Source: a bacterium (GTDB taxonomy: Bacteria > Patescibacteriota > Minisyncoccia > UBA6257 > MFKM01). From it: a stretch of 64,000 nt of DNA. A program made the translations under genes and the position numbers. Below the pieces are notes generated by a model, which saw nothing but the letters and a program-made list of their open reading frames with translations, was not told the DNA's origin and ran no database searches. The stretch covers positions 65,324 through 129,323 of the forward strand of contig JAUYAV010000019.1 in assembly GCA_030693325.1 (NCBI GenBank), in the 5' to 3' direction. This document shows positions 56,071 through 64,000 of the stretch, one piece after another. Each line of letters opens with the position of its first letter. Within the stretch, counting starts at the first letter, position 1.

Positions 56071-57768
56071 TTATACTTCTATCACTACCGGTAAAATCAT
56101 CGGCCGTCTCTTGGTTTTATTATACAGAAACTGGCCGATTTGGTCACGAATAAGGGATTTGAAATAATCGGCATCCAAGGGCTGGCGGGGCAGGCGGCTA
56201 ATCATTCCGCGGATATTGCGTCTGATTTCTTCAAGAAGCGTCTGGTTTTCCCGCAGATAAATAAATCCTCGTGAAATAATGTCGGGATTTTTTATCAGCT
56301 GGTTGGTGCGGCGATCAATAGTGGTGATAATAACAACCATTCCTTCTTGAGCCAGAACCTTCCGGTCGCGGAGAACTACTTCGCCGACATCTCCGACACC
56401 CAAACCGTCAACCAGAACATAGGAGACAGGAACTTCTTCTTTGGTTATATGAGCTTGGTCGGGGGAAAATTCCATCACCTGGCCGTTGGAGGGCAGGAAA
56501 GTATTTTTTGCCGGGATCCCGGCTTGTTGGGCCACTTCAATGTTAGTGGCTCTCATGAAAAAATAGCCATAAATCGGAACGAAAAATTTTGGGTTTATAA
56601 GCTTGGTTGTCATTTTCAGTTCTTCCTGGGGAGCATGGCCGCTGGAGTGAATGTCTATTATTTTTGAATAATAAACTTTAGCTCCTTGACGGCAGATGCC
56701 ATCTTTGAGCGTTTGAACGCCTCTCTCATTGCCGGGGATAACCGAGGCCGAGAGAATAACGGTATCGGTTGATTTCAAACTGACAGACCGGTGTTCGCCG
56801 TTGATAATTTTGATTAAGCCGGCGTTGGGTTCTCCCTGGGCTCCGGTGCTTAAAATCATAATTTTATCATCGGGGTGCTTTCTAACTTCTTCTATGGGGA
56901 TAATCAGGCCTTTCCTGGCTTTGATGTAGCCGAGATTTTGGGCGATTTCAACATTACTTCGCATTGAATAGCCGTTTAAAGCCACTTTCCGGCCGAGGCG
57001 GTCGGCGATTTTTATTATTTCATCAATGCGGTTAATTAATGAGGCGAAAAGGGCGATAATGATTCTTCCCGAGGCCTTTTTGAAAAGTTCTTCTAAATTT
57101 TTTTCCACTATTCTTTCGGAAAGTGAATATCCCGGCTCTTCGGCGTTGGTGCTTTCCAAAAAGAGGGTATGAATTTTTTGGTCGCCGATTTTTTTAAGTT
57201 CGGCCAATCCTTTAGGCTGGCCATCTTTGTCGTAATCAAATTTATAATCACCGACGTAAGCCATTTTTCCTACGGGAGTGGTTAAAACAAAACCAAAAGT
57301 ATCGGGAATGTTGTGGGCAACGCCGAAAAATTCGGCTGAAAAATATTTGGAGAATTCAATTTTGTCTTTGTCTTTTATCAGCTGGAAATTAAGTTTGGCC
57401 GCTTTGGGAAATTCCCCCTGCCTTTTATTGATAATTTCCTTGGTAAGCGCGGCGGCGTACATCGGGGGATTGCCGAGTTTTTCCATTAAATAAGGAATGC
57501 CCCCAATGTGATCATAATGAGCGTGAGTGATGAAGACGGCTTTAATGTTTTGTTTGCGCTCTTCAAGGTAGGTGGTGTTGGGAATAATGAAGTCAATGCC
57601 CGGAGTTTCTTCTTCGGGGAACTGGAATCCCACATCAACCACGATTATTTCGTTGCGATATTCAAAAAAAGTCATATTCCGGCCGACTTCTTCCAAACCG
57701 CCCAAAGCCGCCCAGCGAAGGGGTTCTTCGCGGGATTCCTCTTTTTTTACTATTTTTGCTTTTATCAT
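56071..57768 (-). CDS. rnj: Ribonuclease J (MBL plus beta-CASP)
   Basis: HAHYDHIGG and beta-CASP region. Confidence 0.9.
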   Translation of the reverse strand: MIKAKIVKKEESREEPLRWAALGGLEEVGRNMTFFEYRNEIIVVDVGFQFPEEETPGIDFIIPNTTYLEERKQNIKAVFITHAHYDHIGGIPYLMEKLGNPPMYAAALTKEIINKRQGEFPKAAKLNFQLIKDKDKIEFSKYFSAEFFGVAHNIPDTFGFVLTTPVGKMAYVGDYKFDYDKDGQPKGLAELKKIGDQKIHTLFLESTNAEEPGYSLSERIVEKNLEELFKKASGRIIIALFASLINRIDEIIKIADRLGRKVALNGYSMRSNVEIAQNLGYIKARKGLIIPIEEVRKHPDDKIMILSTGAQGEPNAGLIKIINGEHRSVSLKSTDTVILSASVIPGNERGVQTLKDGICRQGAKVYYSKIIDIHSSGHAPQEELKMTTKLINPKFFVPIYGYFFMRATNIEVAQQAGIPAKNTFLPSNGQVMEFSPDQAHITKEEVPVSYVLVDGLGVGDVGEVVLRDRKVLAQEGMVVIITTIDRRTNQLIKNPDIISRGFIYLRENQTLLEEIRRNIRGMISRLPRQPLDADYFKSLIRDQIGQFLYNKTKRRPMILPVVIEV

Positions 57769-57843
57769 ATATAATTTTTTATTTTCGACTTTAATTATTA
57801 ATTGGTGGCACGCTTAGCGTGCCCGATAACAACGCTTAGCGTT

Positions 57844-57925
57844 GTGCCCCTGAGAGGATTTGAACCTCTAACCCTTACGGGATAGCGTTCTGAACGCTAC
57901 GCGTATGCCAGTTCCGCCACAGGGG
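57844..57925 (-). tRNA. tRNA-Leu (anticodon CAG), type II
   Basis: Acceptor GCCCCTG/CAGGGGC, anticodon stem TAGCG/CGCTA, loop TTCAGAA, variable hairpin CCC-GTAA-GGG, T-arm AGAGG-TTCAAAT-CCTCT. Confidence 0.85.
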
Positions 57926-57939
57926 CTTGTATAAAATTG

Positions 57940-58530
57940 TTAATTATTGCTTTTCAGAAATTTCAAGTCTTGGGGCATTGATTTCAAGGGTTTTTTAATT
58001 TCCATTTTTGGGGTTTTTTTATATTTTTCATTTTCAAGCCAGCCGTTTTTGGTGTAGTGATAACAAGCTCCTTGTTTTTCTTCCATTTCTTTATAGATAT
58101 TTTTATTTTTTTCAGGAACCCAGTTCCCAAGTTCCAGAATTTTTTCAGAGGGATTTATGGAAATGATGTAATAGCCCGCCGGATCAAGCACAAAATCTCC
58201 TTTTTTGGCTTTTATGGCTATCACATCTTTAACTTTCCCGTTTGTCATCTTTTGCAGTAAAAATATCGCTTCGCCCTTTAAGACCGTATAGATTTCTAGA
58301 TATCCATTTGAATTGCGGTTGCCTTTGGTTTTTACAAATTCTTCACCCAGCATTTTGGGAGGAATAACGGTAATGTCATATCGCCAGCCGTTTTTTATTT
58401 TTAGCCCCCGATACATTTCATAGATGGGAAATTTTTCCGGATTTTTGATTTTTTTAAACCATTCCTGGTCGCGGATGACCGATTTCATTTCATTAAGAAA
58501 TCGGATGTCGGCTTTTTTATTTTTTTTCAT
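57940..58530 (-). CDS. Cupin-fold protein resembling archaeal-type glucose-6-phosphate isomerase (cPGI), with apparently non-conserved metal-binding His positions
   Basis: From recalled cPGI alignment: TKGNRNSNGYLEIYTVLKGEAIFLLQ aligns to a GHFH...E...LLQ core; size about 190 aa. Confidence 0.4.
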   Translation of the reverse strand: MKKNKKADIRFLNEMKSVIRDQEWFKKIKNPEKFPIYEMYRGLKIKNGWRYDITVIPPKMLGEEFVKTKGNRNSNGYLEIYTVLKGEAIFLLQKMTNGKVKDVIAIKAKKGDFVLDPAGYYIISINPSEKILELGNWVPEKNKNIYKEMEEKQGACYHYTKNGWLENEKYKKTPKMEIKKPLKSMPQDLKFLKSNN

Positions 58531-58540
58531 ATATATTTTT

Positions 58541-58583
58541 AATTACTGTAATTGCAGTAATTACGGTAATTACAGTAATTATT
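58541..58583. repeat. GTAATTAC tandem array, copy C
   Basis: aattactgtaattgcagtaattacggtaattacagtaattatt. Confidence 0.85.
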
Positions 58584-60120
58584 TTAATACCCAGGCTGTT
58601 TCCACGTACCAATTTTTGACATTTTGGAAGCGGTCGCTGGCGGTAGTCAAAAATTTATCCGTGAATCCGCCGAGATCGGGGATGCTGACATAAAGATAAT
58701 TCGGGGAGTATAGCGGTATGGCCGGCAGATCTTGAGCAATGATAGTTTCCAGATTTTTTAATTTTGCCTGGCGTTCGGCCGGGTCGGCGGTTTGGCGGAT
58801 TTCTTCTATTAGTTTATCGGCCTTCGGATTGCCATAAATCGCCAAATTAAGTCCGGGATAAAATTTTTGGGAAGAATGCCAAAAAGAAAACAAGTCTTCT
58901 TTGTTTGCGGGATTGATTCCGAAAAGAATCATTTCGTAGTCGCGCGACCGGATCACTTGGTTGATAATGTCGTCGGGGTTTAAAACAATCAAACTGAGAT
59001 TTACGCCTATTGCCGCCCATTCTTCTTTGATGATTTCGGCCGTGTTAATCAGGAAATCAATTTGTGGGACAATTAAGTAGAACTCTAATTTTTTATCCAT
59101 AATAGCCGTTAAGTCCGGAGCGCCGGTGGTCTCCAGAGGTTCGCCGGCTTCCATCGCTTCGCCGTTAAATACTTTTTGGATAATCTGTTTTTTATCAATG
59201 ACTTGGGTTAAAGCCAAACGGATATTTTTGTTTTTGAGATTGGAATTGATGTTCTGATTGAAAAACACGGCGTAATAATTGGACATGACGACACTTTTGA
59301 TGTTGTGATTAAGCGATAAATCTTTAATTTTTGCCGGGTTAAGACCGCCGAAACCGTCAATTTCGCGGCGGTTGAAAGCGCTGATTAAATCGTCTTCATT
59401 TTTATAAAATTTAAAAATGAATTTTTGGATGTAGGGTTTTTTACTGGAATAATTTTCATTGACCACGAGCTGGTACTGGGTGATAAATCCGTCTTTTCTT
59501 TTGGCGAAGCGGTCGTATTTATAAGGGCCGCTGCCCACCGGCTCCAGATTGTAATTTGAAAGCCGGAGATTGGCCGCCGGAATTTTCCCAAAAATATGCT
59601 GGGGGATAATCGGCAGATTATGAAGATTGTCGCCAAAAAAAACATAGGGATTGCGGAGGATAAACCGGACCTGAAGCTCGCTGATTCTTTCAGTCACAAT
59701 GCCTTGCCAGGTTTGGAAAAGCGGGGAACGGGCATCGGGATCCTGGATGGTTTTAAGGGTGAAAATAATATCGTCGCTCGTCAGGGGTTGGCCATCGCTC
59801 CAAAGCAAATTCTGTTTAAGTTTGACCAAATAATTGGTTCCTTCTTCAATTTGATAGTCGCTGATTAAATCCGAGAGCGGGCTGTAAATCAAAGAGGCAA
59901 TATCGCGATCAGTTTCATTGCCGGAAATTATCGGGTTGATAAAAGTGGGTTGGCCGGCCTTCCCTTCAGTGTATTGTCCTCCTTTTTTAGGGGTTAAGTC
60001 AATTCTTTCCTGAATATTAAGCGCCAACCAGAAAAATGAAGAAATCAGAAAAACCAAAATTGCCACAATAAAGATATTGCGTTCAAATTGCGTGAATGAA
60101 CTTATGATTTTTTTGAACAT
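58579..60120 (-). CDS. ABC-type substrate-binding protein, family 5 (oligopeptide/dipeptide-like)
   Basis: N-terminal TM segment; SBP_bac_5-like sequence. Confidence 0.7.
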   Translation of the reverse strand: MFKKIISSFTQFERNIFIVAILVFLISSFFWLALNIQERIDLTPKKGGQYTEGKAGQPTFINPIISGNETDRDIASLIYSPLSDLISDYQIEEGTNYLVKLKQNLLWSDGQPLTSDDIIFTLKTIQDPDARSPLFQTWQGIVTERISELQVRFILRNPYVFFGDNLHNLPIIPQHIFGKIPAANLRLSNYNLEPVGSGPYKYDRFAKRKDGFITQYQLVVNENYSSKKPYIQKFIFKFYKNEDDLISAFNRREIDGFGGLNPAKIKDLSLNHNIKSVVMSNYYAVFFNQNINSNLKNKNIRLALTQVIDKKQIIQKVFNGEAMEAGEPLETTGAPDLTAIMDKKLEFYLIVPQIDFLINTAEIIKEEWAAIGVNLSLIVLNPDDIINQVIRSRDYEMILFGINPANKEDLFSFWHSSQKFYPGLNLAIYGNPKADKLIEEIRQTADPAERQAKLKNLETIIAQDLPAIPLYSPNYLYVSIPDLGGFTDKFLTTASDRFQNVKNWYVETAWVLK

Positions 60121-60202
60121 GCTAAATTACTAAAAATTGAAATTTATCCGGCTTCGCCAGATCTCGCGTAGCGAGAGAAATTGAAAATTTATACCAAGCC
60201 TT

Positions 60203-60415
60203 TTACTTTATTAAACTCAGGAGAGCTAAAACGATAAAGACAACAGCTAAAACAATGGTGCCGTAGAAAATAATTTTTTCCAATCCTCGCCGGGTCTGAT
60301 AAGAACCGGATTCGCCGCCACCCAAAATTCCCGACAAACCTGAAGAACGTTCCTGAAGCAGGATGAAAATTATCAATAAAACAGCAACGATTATCTCTAA
60401 TAAAGAAAGAAACAT
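60203..60415 (-). CDS. secG: Preprotein translocase subunit SecG
   Basis: LLQ...GLSG..GGG...RRG.E motif pattern. Confidence 0.7.
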   Translation of the reverse strand: MFLSLLEIIVAVLLIIFILLQERSSGLSGILGGGESGSYQTRRGLEKIIFYGTIVLAVVFIVLALLSLIK

Positions 60416-60433
60416 ATTAAATAATAAAATAAA

Positions 60434-60793
60434 TTAGTCGCCTAATTTGGTTGAGAGATTAACCAGGATATTAATGAAACTGATAATCAAAGTAGCGAGA
60501 ATAAGCGGACTTGGTCCATTTATAGTAAGGCTTGCGCTGAATTTGTCAAGAACATAGAGGATGCCGGCGTTCATAGCGATCGCCAAAAGTCCGAAAGTTA
60601 AAGCTATTAAAGGGGCGAGAATAAGTTTCAGGAGCGGCCGGATGAAGGTGTTGCATAAAGTAAGGATAGCCGCCGCGATTACAAGGTCGGTCAGATTTCC
60701 TTCAAAAATAAAACCGCTGACAAAATGAGCCGCAATCAGAATCGCGATGGCATTAACGATAATGAATAAAATTATTTTTCCTATGAATTTCAT
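60434..60793 (-). CDS. 4-TM holin-like family membrane protein (Phage_holin_4_2-like)
   Basis: IRPLLKLILAPLIALTFGLLAIAMNAGIL pattern. Confidence 0.4.
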   Translation of the reverse strand: MKFIGKIILFIIVNAIAILIAAHFVSGFIFEGNLTDLVIAAAILTLCNTFIRPLLKLILAPLIALTFGLLAIAMNAGILYVLDKFSASLTINGPSPLILATLIISFINILVNLSTKLGD

Positions 60794-62370
60794 GCCGTTA
60801 AAAATGGTAAAAGATTATTGCCGGTCATTTCTTTCGGTTTAGGCAGCCCCATCAAAGCCAGAATAGTGGGAGCGACATCAGCCAAGGTGCCGAGAATCTG
60901 GGTTTCTGTCTTCCGGATTTCAGCTTCGGTTTTTATTTTTTCAAATTCTTTTCCTATCAAATAAAAAGGTACGGGATTAGGATCATGCTTCGTTTCCGGT
61001 AAGCCGGTCAACGGGTCAAGCATCTTTTCAATATTACCATGGTCGGAAGTAATAATCATTGTTGTATCGGGCTGGGCCATCACCGCTTTCAAAAGCCGGC
61101 TGATTTCCCGGTCAATAATCTCAATGGCTTTTACGGCGGCTTCATAATTTCCGGTATGCCCCATCGTGTCCGGATTGGCGTAATTGACCAGAATAAAATT
61201 ATAAGCACCTTCGCCGACTGAGCTGATTGTTCTGTCGGTGATGGTTTTAGCCATCATTTCCGGAAATTGATCGTAACGGGGCGCGTTGAGTGAAGGAACA
61301 AGGATGCGGAATTCATTGGGAAAAGGTTCTTTGCGGTAGCCGTTGAAGAAAAAAGTCACGTGAGCGTATTTTTCGGTTTCGGCGATGCGGAGCTGTATCT
61401 TATTGTTATCGGACAAAATTTTACCGAGAGTTTCACTGGTTGATTCCGGCGGAAAAATAGCCGGCAAATTAAATTTTTCATCATAGCGGGTCATAGTAAC
61501 AAGATGAAGGTTGGAGAATTTTTTGACTGGAAAATTCGGGAAGTCCGATTCGGCGAAAGCAGAAACGATTTGGCGCGGACTTTCTTCCCGGAATTCAAAA
61601 AATATGACGGCATCATTGTCCTGGATGAAATGGCCTGCCTGACCGGTAGGCAGGGGCGAGCCAATGATGGTCGGCTCAACGAAATCATCGGTAAGGTTTC
61701 GGTTATAAGTTTCAGTCAGTAATTCCTGATAATTATCGGCGGTTCTCCCTTCGCCGGTTAAGATTTTATAAACTTTTTCGGTTCGGTCCCAGTGCTTGGC
61801 GCGGTCTAAAGCGTAAAAACGGCCGGAAAGGCTGGCGATAACGCCCCGGTTTTTTTCCTGGATGACTTTTTCCAGATTTTTGAGAAGTTCAGGAGCGGAT
61901 TCCGGCGGGCTGTCGCGGCCGTCGGTAAAAAGCTGGAGATAAAGCCGGTCAAAATTTTCTCTTTTGGCGAATTCCAGAAGAGCGGCTAAATGTTCAAAAG
62001 AAGAATGGACATTGCCGCTGGTTAGAAGGCCGACCAAATGAATGTTGGAATTATTTTTTTGGGCGTGAGTGAAGGCGTTTTTCAGAATTTGGTTTTGGAA
62101 AAAACTGCCGTCTTTGATCGCCAAAGAAATTCTGGGGAAATGTTGATAAAGAATTTTTCCGGCTCCCAAAGTAAGGTGTCCTACCTCGCTGTTGCCTTCT
62201 TCTCCCCAAGGCAGGCCAATGCCGATACCCGAAGCATGAAGACAGCCGATAGGAAATCTTTTTTTGATATCTTGGATATTTTGGGGGTTAACTTTATAGA
62301 TAGGATTGCTTTCATCATGAGCCCCGATTCCCCAGCCATCTAAAATAACTAATAAAACATTTCTTTTCAT
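60790..62370 (-). CDS. gpmI: 2,3-bisphosphoglycerate-independent phosphoglycerate mutase
   Basis: LLVILDGWGIG...GNSEVGHLTLGAG. Confidence 0.9.
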   Translation of the reverse strand: MKRNVLLVILDGWGIGAHDESNPIYKVNPQNIQDIKKRFPIGCLHASGIGIGLPWGEEGNSEVGHLTLGAGKILYQHFPRISLAIKDGSFFQNQILKNAFTHAQKNNSNIHLVGLLTSGNVHSSFEHLAALLEFAKRENFDRLYLQLFTDGRDSPPESAPELLKNLEKVIQEKNRGVIASLSGRFYALDRAKHWDRTEKVYKILTGEGRTADNYQELLTETYNRNLTDDFVEPTIIGSPLPTGQAGHFIQDNDAVIFFEFREESPRQIVSAFAESDFPNFPVKKFSNLHLVTMTRYDEKFNLPAIFPPESTSETLGKILSDNNKIQLRIAETEKYAHVTFFFNGYRKEPFPNEFRILVPSLNAPRYDQFPEMMAKTITDRTISSVGEGAYNFILVNYANPDTMGHTGNYEAAVKAIEIIDREISRLLKAVMAQPDTTMIITSDHGNIEKMLDPLTGLPETKHDPNPVPFYLIGKEFEKIKTEAEIRKTETQILGTLADVAPTILALMGLPKPKEMTGNNLLPFLTA

Positions 62371-62372
62371 TT

Positions 62373-63779
62373 TTAAGAAGCGTTAAGAATATCAATATCC
62401 TGTTGGAATTCGTTGGCCTGTTTAACCACGTTATATCCGTAAACATCAAGACAGACATAACGGTTCCATCTCCCGCCGCAATAATATTTGGCGGCCGCTT
62501 TTTTTTCGTTGGCGGTTGCGCCGGCATCCTTTAGATAAAGCGCCGCGGCGATAAAAGCGTCGGCGTTATTCCAGGGGTTGGCAATGCTGCGTCCCAAAAT
62601 GTTGCTGATGTCGGCTTTATAGATATTCCAGGTTGATGGCATAAATTGCGCCGGTCCCATCGCGCCGCCGTAAGTCCCGTCTTGATTGGGGCAGGAAATT
62701 TGAACCGAATCGGGACTGATATTAAGCGATTGGAGAATTGAGAGAAAAACTGGAATTTCTTTGGGGTTCATTGCCGTTGTCCCGCCTTTCATGATTTGGT
62801 TATAAGCGCAACGGCCGACATTTTGTCCCAGGGCGGATTCCCGGTCTAAAATCGCCAGGATGAAAGCGGCTCTCACTCCGGTGACGTCCTGGGCCGCCTT
62901 TGCCAGGGTATAGGCCTTGTCAAAAGTCAGCTCCCCGCCGCCTAATAATTCAAAGATTTGGTTTTTAACTTGAGTGGCTGTTTTTTTGGTTTCGGTAACC
63001 AGTTTTTGGTAAATAGATTCTTTGCCCTTAGTGTCAGTAAGGATTTTATTTTTTTCAGACTGGGTTTGCTGAATGGTTTGTTTTTGACTGGCTTGGTAAG
63101 CCTTCAGAGCTTCGGCGTCGCTTTTTTCCAGCCCCAATTGCTCTTTCTGGTCTAAAAGGTCGTTTTTCAGTTGGATTACGCTGCTTAGCGTTGCCTGAAA
63201 ATTATCTTGGATAAGAGCTAAATCATTCAGATTCCCGAAAAAATCCGAAAGGCGGGGGCTGGTAAGAAAAATTTCCATTAAACTTTGGTTTTCGCTTTCA
63301 TAAATATTTTGAAGTACCTGGGAAAGGGCATTTTTGTCGGAGTTGATGCTTTGTTCAACTGAGCCGATCTTTGCTTGGGTATCGCCAATCTGCTGATTGA
63401 GTTTTGTTAAATTCAGATTAGCGGCTTTGATTTGGAGATTAAGTTTGGCGATCCGGGAGTCCAAAGTCGAGATTTCGCCTTTAAGGGTCTGGCCCTGTTT
63501 TTGATATTGAGTGATGGTATTTTCGTAATCGGATATTTGTTTTTCCAGTTGCGCCAACTGACTTTCCAATTCTTGTCTTTGTTGTTCTGTTTGGGCGTTT
63601 TGAGCCGCAAATGTCAAAGAAGGGGAGTTATAAACTGGCGCATAGACAAAACTGAAAAGAAAAAAACTGATTGCCAGTAAAATAATCGCGGATTTTAAAA
63701 TCCGGGTGAGAGGAAAGCGAAATTGACGATAATAGGAGAGATTAAGAATTAAAGGTTTTTTGTTGGTAATATCGCGCAT
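62373..63779 (-). CDS. Coiled-coil protein with C-terminal MltB/SLT-like lytic transglycosylase domain
   Basis: N-terminal TM segment, about 250-aa coiled coil, GAMGPAQFMPSTW. Confidence 0.55.
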   Translation of the reverse strand: MRDITNKKPLILNLSYYRQFRFPLTRILKSAIILLAISFFLFSFVYAPVYNSPSLTFAAQNAQTEQQRQELESQLAQLEKQISDYENTITQYQKQGQTLKGEISTLDSRIAKLNLQIKAANLNLTKLNQQIGDTQAKIGSVEQSINSDKNALSQVLQNIYESENQSLMEIFLTSPRLSDFFGNLNDLALIQDNFQATLSSVIQLKNDLLDQKEQLGLEKSDAEALKAYQASQKQTIQQTQSEKNKILTDTKGKESIYQKLVTETKKTATQVKNQIFELLGGGELTFDKAYTLAKAAQDVTGVRAAFILAILDRESALGQNVGRCAYNQIMKGGTTAMNPKEIPVFLSILQSLNISPDSVQISCPNQDGTYGGAMGPAQFMPSTWNIYKADISNILGRSIANPWNNADAFIAAALYLKDAGATANEKKAAAKYYCGGRWNRYVCLDVYGYNVVKQANEFQQDIDILNAS

Positions 63780-63911
63780 ATTAAATTCAAAAATAAATCT
63801 TTCTCTGCCTTTTCCTATATTTTATCAGTTTATCCTCAATAAACAAACCAAGATAAAAGCCGTTTTGCGGCCGGGAAAGATGGAGGAAAATATTGATTGC
63901 GATTTCTGAAT

Positions 63912-64000
63912 TTATTTTTTGGGACTTTCTTTCGGAGTAACGGGGGCTTCATTTTTAGTCGGAGTGCCCGGTGTTTCAGCGGTTGCGGCTTCCTCTGCCG
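63912..64000 (-). CDS. C-terminal end of a gene continuing beyond the window (Pro/Thr/Glu-rich tail)
   Basis: In-frame stop at 63912-63914 on minus; partial. Confidence 0.25.
   Translation of the reverse strand, partial: AEEAATAETPGTPTKNEAPVTPKESPKK

Noticed and set aside
1-64000. Alternative genetic code (UGA recoding as in some CPR lineages)
   Set aside because: All recognisable housekeeping proteins are full length with standard stops in the supplied standard-code ORF track. There is no evidence of in-frame UGA read-through.

Overview
This is a low-GC, gene-dense window of about 75 ORFs. Most are housekeeping genes: gyrA, ftsH, ddl, rpsA, xseAB, infB, rbfA, clpB, murA, two mreB copies with mreCD and a PBP2 gene, holB, frr, rseP, proS, greA, lysS, serS, ychF, ileS, trpS, rnj, secG and gpmI. 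The gene content (IF-2 lacking its N-terminal region, a short ProRS without an editing domain, many small exported or membrane hypotheticals, an SPFH protein, a type IV pilin beside a very large adhesin, VirB2-like small proteins) looks like a Patescibacteria/CPR-type reduced genome, but that is only inference. No stop-codon reassignment is evident. There are eight tRNA genes: Phe-GAA, Arg-GCG, Leu-UAG, Ile-UAU, Ser-GCU, Cys-GCA, Leu-UAA and Leu-CAG. I found no rRNA, CRISPR array or transposase. The most unusual features are these. (1) Two LAGLIDADG-family endonuclease ORFs each end inside the 5' end of a tRNA gene with identical 10-nt overlap geometry; one of them lies inside a tRNA-Leu-like gene whose two halves are separated by about 0.8 kb. 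(2) There are two TrpR/YerC-like regulator genes, each flanked at both ends by its own 18-bp perfect palindrome; one is next to a 600-bp ORF-free region packed with palindromes. (3) An IleRS carries an inserted histidine-phosphatase (PGAM-like) domain and a frameshift at a 7-bp tandem repeat. (4) A dispersed GTAATTAC tandem-array repeat occurs at three intergenic sites. (5) A pilin operon carries an internal 20-bp DNA repeat encoding GNVGIGT. (6) There are several structured non-coding elements.
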